The notes beneath the pieces are model-generated. The model did no database searches. It was not told the DNA's origin and worked only from the letters and a program-made list of their open reading frames with translations. Shown here one piece after another: positions 16,116 through 26,640 of a stretch of 32,000 bases of DNA (positions within the stretch are counted from its first letter, which is position 1; each line of letters opens with the position of its first letter). Position numbers and translations under genes: made by a program. The stretch is from Acaryochloris marina S15 (lineage in GTDB: Bacteria; Cyanobacteriota; Cyanobacteriia; Thermosynechococcales; Thermosynechococcaceae): contig NZ_CP064925.1 of NCBI RefSeq assembly GCF_018336915.1, positions 266,053 to 298,052 of the forward strand, in the 5' to 3' direction.

Positions 16116-17156
16116 TTAACGTCTTTCTCTAGCTTTTTGCATAGCAATTTCAGCATTTTTCAAAGTAATATCAACCACATCATCAGCTGCCTGACCATAG
16201 CCAACACCAATGCTACCTGTGATAGTGATTTCATGATCTTGAATTGCAAAAGGCTGTTCAAGGCAAAATAACACTTTCTCCACAAATAAATCTACCTGTT
16301 TTTCATCTGTTAATTTGCTAAAAAGAATAGCAAATTGATCTCCTCCTAAACGAGCTAACATATCGTCGGGATTGATTACCTCCTGTAGCTTTACAGCTAA
16401 TTGTTTCAATAGTTCATCCCCAACACAGTAGCCAAAAGAGTAATTAACCTCTCTAAAGTGATCGCAATCGATATAGAGCACGGCGAATTTATAAGATTTA
16501 TCCATCTTGGCTAAAAATAGAGACTGTTCCAAACGCTTCAAGAATGAAGCTCTATTGGGGATATTTGTGAGTAGGTCATAATGACTTGTTTCTAATAAGC
16601 GGGTGTTCGAAAGTTTCAATTTACTATTCTGCTCAATGACCCATTCTTGGAGTTGGTTATTCAAACCCAGGATTTTTTCTTGAGCTGATTTTAATAAAAG
16701 CTGATTATGCACCCGTGCTAATACTTCTTCAACTTGAAAAGGTTTTGTGAGATAGTCTACCCCTCCCACATCAAAGGCTTTGACTTTATCTAAGGGATCG
16801 TCTAAAGCACTAAGGAAAATAATGGGAATATTTGCTGTTTGGGGATTCCGTTTTAGTTGAACACAAACTTCATACCCATTTAGATCTGGCATGAGGATAT
16901 CTAATAGGATTAAATCGGGTAGGAGAGAGTCTACAGAGTTTAACGCCATTTCACCACCCGTTGCTTTTCGAACAGAATAGCCCTGAATAGACAACATGCT
17001 AGAGAGCAACCGCAGATTTTCTAACGTGTCGTCGACAATCAGAATCTCACTGGGAAGTAATTGGGTGGCTGGACTGGAGAGATCCATATTCAGATTAGTA
17101 TGGAGTTCATTCATGGTTGGTTTTAAAGTGCGATGGGTCAAATTTGGTTGCATCAT
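16116..17156 (-). CDS. REC - coiled coil - degenerate GGDEF (GGDQF) response regulator
   Basis: REC domain: VDD, LLDILMPD acceptor, FLSA, TKP. In the GGDEF domain the motif is GGDQF, there is no RxxD (NPDD instead), and DCDHFREVNYSFGY replaces DxDxFKxxNDxxGH. The start overlaps the upstream kinase stop (ATGA at 17153-17156). Confidence 0.88.
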   Translation of the reverse strand: MMQPNLTHRTLKPTMNELHTNLNMDLSSPATQLLPSEILIVDDTLENLRLLSSMLSIQGYSVRKATGGEMALNSVDSLLPDLILLDILMPDLNGYEVCVQLKRNPQTANIPIIFLSALDDPLDKVKAFDVGGVDYLTKPFQVEEVLARVHNQLLLKSAQEKILGLNNQLQEWVIEQNSKLKLSNTRLLETSHYDLLTNIPNRASFLKRLEQSLFLAKMDKSYKFAVLYIDCDHFREVNYSFGYCVGDELLKQLAVKLQEVINPDDMLARLGGDQFAILFSKLTDEKQVDLFVEKVLFCLEQPFAIQDHEITITGSIGVGYGQAADDVVDITLKNAEIAMQKARERR

Positions 17157-19685
17157 TCCATCAAAGCGTCCATCAACTGAACGATTTTCTCGAATTGATA
17201 ATTCTCAACCCAGTTGGTCAAAGCTATGGCTAAAGATTGATGCTCTGAAGGGATTTGCTCAATGAGTTGTAAAAGGAGGACATCGTTTCCTTGACTCGCT
17301 CTTTGACCGATGCCCTTTATCCAATCTGGTGGCATGATCCTTAAGCTCTCTGGATCAAGATTTCCATGATTATGGGGTTGGTCTTTATTCTGGGTATCGT
17401 GCTTTTGAAGAGAGTCTTCTGTTATATATTTCACTCCAAGATGGGCTGCGATTTTCTGTATCAGTTCATTTTGTTGAAAGGGTTTGCGTACAAAATCATC
17501 ACATCCTGCATCAAATATTTTTTTGTTGTTTTCTTCAAATACACTTGCTGTCAGGGCAATCACAACAGTCTCCTTCCCTTGAGAAGTCGCCTTAATGTGT
17601 TGTGTTGCCTGGTAGCCATCCATTTCAGGCATACGTATATCCATCCATATCAAATGGGGCTGCCACTCTTGCCAGATTTTTATCGCTTCTCGACCATTCT
17701 TGGCTTCTCGCACTGAGAAGCCCATCAAACATAGGAAATCAACGAGGGGAGCTCGATTCGTTTGCTCATCATCAGCAACAAGAAGGCGAAATTCAGTTGA
17801 TTGGGGGCCACACAAACAGGCTGAACCATCGCTTCACTGTCAGTGTCTGTCGGCATACCATTGGTAATCACTAAGGGAATATGAAAGACGAATGTAGAGC
17901 CTTGTCCTTTTTGGCTATTGACGGAGAGATCCCCTCCCATCAGTCGTACAAACTTCTTGCTAATACTGAGTCCTAAGCCCGTACCTTCTCTTGATTCCAA
18001 GCCAATATCACCCTGCTCAAATGCAAGAAAGAGTTTATCCAGGCTTTTAGAATCTATTCCAGGACCTGTATCACTGATAGCAAACGTCAAAGTCTGAGCG
18101 TCTACAGAAACATATAAGTCGATCTGCCCCTTTTGAGTAAATTTGATGGCATTACCCAGAATGTTAATCAACACTTGACGGAGCTTACCTTGATCCGCCT
18201 TGATATATCGAGGGACAAGGGCTTGTCCATGAAAATAGAGTTGCAGCTGCTTGCTTGAGGCTTTGAGGCTAAACAGCTCTTCCAACTCGATGAGCAAGTT
18301 GTATAGGTCAAAGCTGACAGGCGTGAGATGGAGTTGACCTGACTCAATTTGGCCATTTCCAACACATCATTGATTAATGCTAGAAGGTGTTTCCCACTGC
18401 GGTTAATCGTATTAACGTACTTGGTATCCTGCACCCCTAGGTGTTGAGAGCGCTGCATCAGCTGGGCATAGCCTAAGATGGCATTAAGAGGGGTACGGAG
18501 TTCATGGCTCATATGCTTAAGAAATCGCTTTTTGAGCTATTAGCCCTTTCTGCCTCCTCTTTCGCAGCTTTGAGTGCTTTAGTTTGTTTTTGCGAATGGG
18601 CTAATAGCTCAGCTTGCTGTACTGCTACCCTAATTGGGTCCCACCTGAGTCATGATTTGGGTCGCTGATGAGTCCCAATGGAAAGGAGCAGCATCTTGAG
18701 TCGCCATAAGTAATCCCATAAATGCGTACCATCGACAATGGGAACCACGAGATAAGATCCGATGTTTAATCGCTTTAAGACTTAAGGGTATAAGGATCAA
18801 ATCCAAACTCATTGACATCTGTGATCGTTCGACAACGCACTTCTTGACTGGGGTCTCCCAAGGCAAATTCGTAAAGATAGGTTTGACTCAGTATTTGTTT
18901 TAGGCCCTTTGGGGGAGAAATCTCTACAGTCTTAGCTCCCGGATGAGCAGCTTTAAGAGCCATGATGGAGGGGCTATTCTGGCTCACCGACTCAGCGACT
19001 AACGTCCCGCTCCAATCGGATTAAATGATATACCAAAGTCCGATCGCAAGCAATAACCTGCTTTAATTCTTGAGTCGTATCGACGAATATAGTCTGTATA
19101 TCTAAGGTCTTTCGCATGCGCTGAATGATCCCAGAGAGGGCATGTTCTCGTTCAGCACTTTTTTCAATTCAGCCGTTCGTTCTTGGACAAGGGTCTCTAA
19201 ACCATCATTGAGATTGCGGAGTTCAACTTCGGCTCTTTGGCGTTCCTGAATTTCTTTTTGTAAGGCTTGATTGACTGTTTCCAGTTGTTCTGGCGTTTTC
19301 AAGGATAAGAATTTGGGAAGTAACGTTGCCATTTCCGTAGCTGTATAGCAGGAGACTAGAGCAGTGATAGCTTGCTCCAGTCCCAGACAGCCAGTAGGCA
19401 GGGTGCCATAAGGTCCAAATTTCCAGTAAATGGCCTGTACCACAGAGAACAATGAATGCTCCAAACAACAGAAAATATTCTGAAAGGGACATCGCTCCTT
19501 TTGGAGACGAAGTAGAGCAACATCACAGGAATGGAAAAGTAAGCCACTGCAATTAGTAAATCACTGATTACATGTAGACCTACCAAAGGAGTTTGCCAAA
19601 GGTAACAATGACCGTGAGGCATGTATTGCTCTGGGGAAAACAGATTTTTTAAAGTATTCCAAAGACTATTCATATATCCTGGCAA
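17153..19685 (-). pseudogene. Hybrid sensor histidine kinase: PHGHCYLW membrane module, coiled coil, GAF, HisKA, HATPase, REC and a C-terminal helical tail. It is broken by about 11 frame changes.
   Basis: Tiling ORFs 19356-19685, 19223-19492, 19102-19464, 18775-18987, 18630-18866, 18168-18512, 17725-18297 and 17153-17815, plus unlisted segments, gives a continuous protein only by switching frame repeatedly. Recognisable pieces include MPHGHCYLWQTPL, FLLFGAFIVLCGTGHLLEIWTLWHPAYWLSG, DWSGTLVAESV, SYLVVPIVDGTHLW, MSHELRTPLNAILGYAQLM, GTGLGLSISKKFV and LLVADDEQTNR...WMDIRMPEMDG. Confidence 0.85.
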
Positions 19686-19948
19686 GTGATTGACATAAAA
19701 AAATAGTCACTAACACCGACTTGTCTTCTGATATTTCTTTCTCAAACTGATTGTTCTGAATTGGAGATGAATAGCCGCTTTACATCAGTTAAAGCTTGCC
19801 CCAAAAAAGATATGAATATGCATTAATCCTAGATATTCAGTTGATTTAGATAGATGCTTGGAGATCATTCCTAAAGACTGGGAATGCTGAGATCTAAATG
19901 GGTTGAGCATCCGGCCACTTTGGATATCAGTAGGGGGAAGTTTCATTA

Positions 19949-20400
19949 ATGGCAGATCAACTAACTGCAACAACGGTGCAGCAAACACAAGCCTGGCAAC
20001 AAGCCATTCTGGACAGTGCAGACTTCACGATGATTGCAACAGACCCTCAAGGGATTATCCAAACCATTAATGCTGGGGCACTGCGCAAATTAGGCTATCA
20101 GCCTGAAGAAGTGATTGGTAAAGTTACACCCGCCATTATTCATGATCCACTAGAAGTTCAGGAAAGAGCACAACAACTCTCATGCGAATTGGGCTATTCT
20201 ATTGAACCTGGCTTTGAAGCCTTCGTTGCTAAGGCTCGATTGGGAATACCTGATGAAAATATTTGGACTTATATTCGTAAAGATCAGAGTCATTTTCGGC
20301 TACCAGCATAAAGCGGGAAAAGATTTGAGTATTTTCAGATAGGATCGCACTCTTTTGTAGATGAAATAGGCAAGATATCTGCGGTAGTCACAAAGAGCTG
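19949..20400 (+). pseudogene. 5' fragment of a PAS-domain sensor gene; it ends abruptly at the transposase-like gene
   Basis: ORF 19949-20311 encodes one PAS domain (ILDSADFTMIATDPQGIIQTINAGALRKLGYQPEEVIG...WTYIRKD). The last PAS strands appear only in shifted frames up to about 20400. No output domain follows. Confidence 0.7.
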
Positions 20401-20432
20401 TATCGTACCTTTGCAAGTCAACAGAGGAAACG

Positions 20433-21983
20433 ATGAGCCTGACAATACGAGAGCGCTGCCAAGCCGTCATGATTGTCTGTTCGAACAGGGAGTAAAAGGG
20501 ATGCGAAAATTGCTGCTGCGACAGGTCTATCAAAAGCAGGTTCATCGTCATCAACAGGCTATCGCTCGGCGTACCAATATCCAGAGTCACTATGTGGGAA
20601 AGTCAACAGGGAGTCAATGCTCAGAGTGATGCTTAGGAGTGTGTACTATTTCGCGTCAAACATGGGGTAGGACTGAGAGTCTATCAGAATTTTTTACAGC
20701 GATTCACATAGATGCTATGTGGGCGTTTCAGCCAGCTCCCTTCGGCTGTTGAAACGGAAGATGCGGGATGCGATTATCGCCTATGAAGTCGCCCAGCAAG
20801 AGCATTGCCAACCCAAAGACGGTCAGGGCATCTGTGTCGGTGGGACGAAACCTTTTTTGTTTACCTATCTTGGTGATGTTGGAATTGGCTAGTGGCTTTA
20901 TCTTCACAGAGGTGGAACGTCCCAACCGTACTTATGCCACCTGGCAAGCCCAGATTCAGCAGTGGTGGACCCGCTGTGGATGGCATTGTCATTTTATGGT
21001 GAGTGATGGTGCTCCAGCCTGATTAATTAGCTGTATCAGGCTTAGGCTGTGTCAGTGTTTCTGATTTATTCCATGCCCTGAGTGCCTTAGCCCAACCTAT
21101 CGGCAGTGATATGGGTCGTCAAATGAGTCAGTTGAACAAAAAAGCGACTGTACTTCAACAGCAACTTCTCAACGTTCGTAGTGAGGCTAAACAGCAACAA
21201 CTCCAACAATCAAAGGCGGAGATTTCTGCTCAGCAGCAGTCTTTAGAGCAGGACAAGATGGCCTATCATCAGGTTCTTCATCGCCTTACCCAAGTCATTC
21301 ATCCGTTTAATATCAAGACTTTGGAATGGCAGCTGTTTGATGATCTATCGGCTGGTTGAATGCTCCCCTCGCCCAGATGTCTACCCTAGCCAAAACCTAT
21401 GGTGCTCAGAAGGGAGCAAAGCCATTGACTCATTCCAACAACAAATTCCTTCAATGGCTCAGGGGATTCATGCTTGGTGGCAATGGGTGACTCAAGCGCT
21501 AAAGGTAGCCACAGATGATCTCGATCTACAAAACTGGGTACTCATGTACCTATTACCCTGGGCTTATTGGCAACAGCAAACGGACAAAACTCGGCATCCT
21601 CTACTCAAGGCAGATTATCGAAAGGCGACGGAACAAGCTTATGCCCGGTTACTCAAGCACCCCATGACTCAACAATGAACTCTCAAGAAAGCCAGGAGTG
21701 GGTAGACTGGGCGCAATGGATGAGTACGAAGTATCAACGCACTTCCTCCGCAGTTGAAGGACGTAATGGTTATCTATCCCGATTGCATCATGCAGCCCGA
21801 GGGTTTTCGGAAGAATCCTTGAAAGTGCTCACCATCATCCATAATTTTGACCTCAAAAGAGCAGATGGCACTACCGCAGCACAACGGCTTTTTGGACATC
21901 CTTTTCCTGATGTGTTTGAGTCGGTTGTTAACTCTATGGGGAATGCCAGTGGCACGTCAGTCCTCAATGAAAAAACGGCCTAA
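20433..21983 (+). mobile_element. Decayed large ORF of a cyanobacterial transposase-like/repeated-gene family, with multiple frameshifts
   Basis: Fragments in three frames chain into one protein of about 510 aa. The pieces are an N-terminal HTH-like part (MSLTIRERCQAV..., VHRHQQAIARR), GICVGxDETFF-like/LVMLELASGFIFTEVERPNRTYATW (20768-21022), a coiled coil (21111-21359) and a C-terminal YQRTSSAVEGRNGYLSRLHHAARGFSEESLKVLTIIHNFDLKRADGTTAAQRLFG (21567-21983). The family assignment is from memory of similar cyanobacterial proteins. I did not find terminal inverted repeats. Confidence 0.45.
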
Positions 21984-21995
21984 CCCTTTAACCCA

Positions 21996-23516
21996 AGCTA
22001 TTTTCCCGGCTTAAATTGATACCCTCAGTAAGTATCTCGATCAGCAAGCTGCTCAGCAAAAAGCTAATGAAAAACCGATTGAGTTTGATTAGACGATGAC
22101 TTAGATGCGATCGCAGGTCTAGACGATCTCCCCTACTGATGAACTTGAGACTGACCTCGGGAGCCCTGCAAGATGCGGAAACGGCTCCCATTATTGGTTT
22201 AGTTAACAAAATTCTGGCTAAAGCCTTGCAGAGCGGTGTATCTGATATTCATATTGAACCGCAAGAAGATCACCTTCGTGTTCGATTCCGTAAAGATGGT
22301 GTGCTCCAACAGGCCTTCGATCCGCTGCCCAGGAAGATTATTCCTGCTGTTATATCCCGTTTCAAAATCATTTCAGAGTTAGATATTGCTGAGCGTCGCC
22401 TTCCTCAAGATGGTCGCATCCGGCGACTTTTTCAGGGACGCAAGATTGACTTTCGGGTTAATACCTTACCGAGCCGATATGGAGAGAAGATTGTACTTCG
22501 TATTCTGGATAACTCCTCGACTCAACTGGGATTAGACAAACTTGTTGCAGACGAAGATAGTTTAAACATCGTTAGAGAGATGGTCAGTAGACCTTTTGGC
22601 CTGATTTTGGTAACAGGACCTACTGGTTCTGGTAAAACCACCACTCTCTATTCTGCCTTAGCTGAATGTAATCACCCAGGTGTCAACATCAGTACCGCGG
22701 AGGACCCAATTGAATATACCCTCCCAGGCCTGACCCAAGTCCAGGTGATTCGAGAAAAAGGCATGGACTTTGCCTCAATTTTGAGAGCTTTTCTAAGGCA
22801 AGATCCAGATGTCATTCTAGTAGGTGAGACCCGAGATAAAGAAACCGCTAAAACAGCCATTGAAGCAGCGCTAACAGGACACCTTGTGTTAACGACTCTG
22901 CATACGAATGATGCTGCTAGTGCTGTTGCTCGCCTTGCAGAAATGGAAGTCGAGCCATTCATGGTTCGGCGTCCTTATTGGGGTTGTTGCCCAGCGTTTG
23001 GTACGGCGAGTATGTTCAGACTGTAAAGTTCCCTATCAACCTTCACCCTCTGAGCTAGGTCGATTTGGGCTATCTGCTTCTCCAGGAACAGAGATCACCT
23101 TCTACAAAGCTAATTCGTTATCAGCTGATGAACTTCAAACAGCTCAAGCTACAGGACAAACAGTTTGTTCAAAATGTAACGGTATTGGGTATAAAGGGCG
23201 TTGTGGTGTTTACGAAGTTATGCAAATCACTGAAACCCTGCAAACATTGATTACTGAAGGGGCACCTACTGAGCGGATTAAAGAGGTGGCAGTTGAAGAA
23301 GGGATGAAAACCCTTCTAGCTTATAGCCTAGAACTAGTTAAGAAAGGGGATACTACCCTCGCTGAAGTTGAACGAGTTACCTTTACCGATAGTGGTCTAG
23401 AGGCTGAACTTAAAGCTAAGCGTAAAACATCTCTAACTTGTCGAGTGTGTAATGCAGATTTAAGGCCTGAGTGGTTAGATTGTCCCTATTGCACTACACC
23501 AAGATTCCAAGATTAA
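21996..23516 (+). pseudogene. pilB: Type IV pilus assembly ATPase PilB (GspE family), lacking its N-terminal domain and frameshifted
   Basis: ORFs 22139-23026 and 22908-23516 carry Walker A VTGPTGSGKTTT, DPDVILVGETRD, the His box TGHLVLTTLHTNDA and the tetracysteine CSDC...CSKCNGIGYKGRCGVYEV. There is a frame break at about 22964-22971. The linker DDLDAIAGLDD / TDELETDL / LQDAETAPIIGLVNKIL (22085-22200) is spread over three frames. No T2SSE_N domain lies upstream. Confidence 0.88.
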
Positions 23517-23585
23517 TACAGGAATCCATGAAATATTTTTTGTATCAATCAATTTACTCTAGCTGGGAATATTAAGAGGTAATTT

Positions 23586-24706
23586 ATGGACTACATGATT
23601 GAAGACCTAATGGAAGAAGTCGTTGAGCGAGGAGGCTCTGATTTACACCTCTCAGTAGGCTTACCTCCCTACATTCGTATCAACGGAAAATTAACTCCTA
23701 CTGATTATGATCCACTGAGTCAAGAGCAATGTCAGCGTCTTATCTTTAGCATGCTGAATAATACTCAACGGAAACAATTAGAGCAAACATGGGAATTAGA
23801 TTGCTCTTACGGTGTCAGAGGCCTAGCTCGTTTTAGGGTTAATGTCTATAAGGATCGAGGTACTTATGCTGCTGCATTACGAGCACTCAGCTCTAAGATT
23901 CCTGCTATAGAAACGTTGGGATTACCAAATATTGTCCGAGAAATGTCTGAGAAGCCCCGTGGTTTGGTACTAGTGACTGGTCCCACAGGCTCGGGAAAAA
24001 CAACGACCCTTGCCTCCATGATTAACAATATCAATCTAACTCGGGCTGAACATATTCTCACGGTCGAAGATCCCATTGAATTTGTTTATGAACCTATTAA
24101 AAGCCTGATCCACCAGCGTCAAGTTGGTGAAGATACCAAGAGCTTTTCGAATGCACTGCGGGCTGCTCTCCGTGAAGATCCAGATGTTATTCTTGTAGGG
24201 GAAATGCGGGATCTTGAAACGATTCAACTTGCTATTTCTGCAGCAGAAACCGGTCACTTAGTTTTGGAACACTTCATACTAGTTCAGCAGCCCAAACTGT
24301 TGATCGGATGGTAGATGTATTTCCGCCTGAGCAACAGACTCAAGTTCGAGTGCAATTGTCTAACTCTTTGGTGGCTGTATTTAGCCAAACGCTAGTGACG
24401 CGGAAAAATCCGAAACCAGGTGAGTTTGGGAGAGTCATGGCACAAGAAATTATGGTATCCACTCCCGGAATTGCTAACTTAATTCGTGAAGGAAAAACAT
24501 CTCAGATATACTCTGCTATTCAAACTGGAGGAAAGTTAGGAATGGTTACTTTAGAGAAAGTCCTAGCTGAACTCTATCAGGCTGGCTCGATTTCCTTTGA
24601 ATCAGCTGTATCCAAGACATCCCGTCCTGATGAAATGCAGCGATTAATGGGAGCAGCCCCTATGGGTAATCAACGTGGCGCTGGTGCCACTTCTTATCGG
24701 CGATAA
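23586..24706 (+). pseudogene. pilT: Twitching-motility retraction ATPase PilT, with a single frame break
   Basis: MDYMIEDLMEEVVERGGSDLHL..., Walker A VTGPTGSGKTTT, DPDVILVGEMRD. The frame is lost inside the His box at the T-run 24262-24265: ETGHLV then FGTLHTSSAAQTVDRMVDVFPPEQQ only after adding one T. Confidence 0.92.
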
Positions 24707-24775
24707 GTATGGAACATCTTATGGCCTCATTGCCTTACATTTATTCTTCTTTCATTAACTGCTGAGAATTGAGTT

Positions 24776-25997
24776 ATGCCAACTTATGTTGTTCGTGCGC
24801 GAGATCCTCAAGGTAAATCTAGCCAAAAAAGGGTAAGCGCAACCTCTCAAAAAGAAGCTCGTTCAAATATCCAGCGTCAAGGACTACAAATCCTTGATAT
24901 CAAGGAATCTCAAGGCTTCAGCATGAGTGCTGAGCTTGATCTGAGTTTTCTTCAATCCATCACTGTCAAAGATAAGGCTCTTTTCTCTAGACAATTTTCA
25001 GCTTTAGTCAATGCCGGGGTTGCATTGGTAAGAGGGTTGGGAGTTATGTCTGAACAGTGCAAGAATCCTAAGCTGAAAAAAGCACTTTTAGATGTGAATG
25101 CTGCTGTGCAACAAGGCGTTAGTTTGTCGGATGCCATGAGAGGCCATCCAGCGGCTTTCGATCAGCTTTATGTTGCCATGATTCAAGCAGGTGAAACGGG
25201 TGGTGTCTTGGACGAAGTGCTAAATCGTCTTGCAACCCTACTTGAAGATCAAGCACGTCTCAAAAATCAGATTCGATCAGCTCTTGCTTACCCAGTAGTA
25301 GTTGGATTTATTGCTGTATCTATTTTCTTGGGAATGGTCATTTTTTCTCATTCCCGTTTTCGATGGCATTTTTAGCCAATTGGGTGGCGATTTGCCAGCA
25401 TTTACTCAACTGATGGTGAACCTCAGTGAGTTTTTGCGAACACCAATCTATGGAATAATGGTTGCTGCTTTTTTCTTTGGTGCTAGTTTTGCACTCCGTC
25501 AATACTATCGAACACGGGCAGGCAGAGAAACGATAGACCGAATCATGCTTAAGTTGCCCCTGTTTGGTGATCTAATTCAAAAGACCGCTGTAGCTAGATT
25601 CTGCCGCACCTTCGGGTCTCTCTCCCGTTCAGGGGTTCCTATCTTGTATTCACTGGAAATAGTGCGAGATACTGCTGGTAATCAGGTAGTTTCCAATGCT
25701 ATTGATGAAGCTCGTCGCGAAATCCAAGGAGGAGGGATGCTAAGTCTGGCTCTGCAGAAAGAGAAAGTTTTTCCTATCCTAGCCACGCAGATGATCAATG
25801 TGGGGGAGGAAACGGGTGAGATTGATAAGATGCTCATGAAGGTTGCTGACTTTTATGAAGATGAGGTAGAACAGGCAGTTAAAGCCATGACTAGTGTGAT
25901 GGAACCCTTAATGATTGTTGTGTTAGGGGGGATGGTTGGTTCCATTCTTGTAGCTATGTATTTACCTATGTTCAAGATCTTCGATCTAATTGGCTAA
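24776..25997 (+). pseudogene. pilC: Type IV pilus platform protein PilC (GspF family), with a single frame break
   Basis: ORFs 24776-25375 and 25302-25997 are the two GspF repeats. The junction is the T6 run at 25341-25346 (VSIFLGMVIF / LIPVFDGIFSQLGGDLPAFTQ). Confidence 0.9.
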
Positions 25998-26054
25998 ACA
26001 GAAGCTATTCTGTAATTCTCTCAATTTAAGTGTGATTTACGCCAAGTTTCACTA

Positions 26055-26126
26055 GCTCCTAATACATATTGTAAGCAAGCCCTATCGACTAAGAGATAGG
26101 GCTTGCTTACAATATGTATTAGGAGC
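26055..26126. terminator. Perfect 32-bp inverted repeat with an 8-nt loop downstream of pilC (terminator or RNA-processing hairpin, or a palindromic element)
   Basis: GCTCCTAATACATATTGTAAGCAAGCCCTATC (26055-26086), loop GACTAAGA, then GATAGGGCTTGCTTACAATATGTATTAGGAGC (26095-26126). I checked the complementarity base by base and it is exact. Confidence 0.6.
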
Positions 26127-26181
26127 TTCTTTGAGTGTTTAATTCTCCAGCACAGAATAATTAAAAGCTTGAACTAGAGTG

Positions 26182-26640
26182 ATGCCGATAGATCCAAATT
26201 TCTACCAGTTGTTAGATCTTTCTCCTGAAGCCTCTAGTGATGAGATCCATGATGCCTATCGAAAAAAGAGTAAGGTTTACCATCCTGACACGACTACCCT
26301 TCCCAAAGAAGTGGCTATCCAAAAATTTCAACAACTAATGATGCTTATGGCATTCTGAGTAATCCTAAACTAAGAAAAGCATATGATTATCGTTTAGGGG
26401 TATCGTCTGTCAAATATACTCCCGTGCAGAAAGTACCCCATTCAGATACTCCATTGGCCTCTTCACAGGTGCAAATTCAAGAACGTCCTTTGTCTCCTGG
26501 GGAGCTTGTTGCATTACTAATTTTGTGTATCACCTTCTTAGGGTGTTTTAATCCTGGCAGTGGTACTGGGGTTTGCCCGTGGGGAAATGATGTTTGTAGA
26601 ACCTACTGCTTTAACTGATGTGAGTTCGAAGTTTGTATGA
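26182..26640 (+). pseudogene. Small J-domain (DnaJ-like) membrane-anchored protein, with two compensating frame breaks
   Basis: J domain: NFYQLLDLSPEASSDEIHDAYRKKSKVYHPD...FQQL, then NDAYGILSNPKLRKAYDY only after restoring an A at about 26337. The C-terminal TM helix VLILAVVLGFARGEMMFV is recovered only after removing a G at 26541-26543. The net change is zero: 459 nt, or 153 codons. Confidence 0.75.

Noticed and set aside
16100-16130. Possible hidden frameshift at the short C-terminus of the REC-GGDQF protein
   Set aside because: Alternative frames give only 8-24 more residues with poor resemblance to the usual GGDEF C-terminal pattern. The evidence is insufficient to call a break.
25341-25346. 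Programmed ribosomal frameshifting or transcriptional slippage at the T6 run in pilC (and the T4 run in pilT)
   Set aside because: I saw no downstream stimulatory structure or conserved slippery heptamer context. Dozens of similar breaks occur in unrelated genes. A simple indel, real or technical, is more parsimonious.
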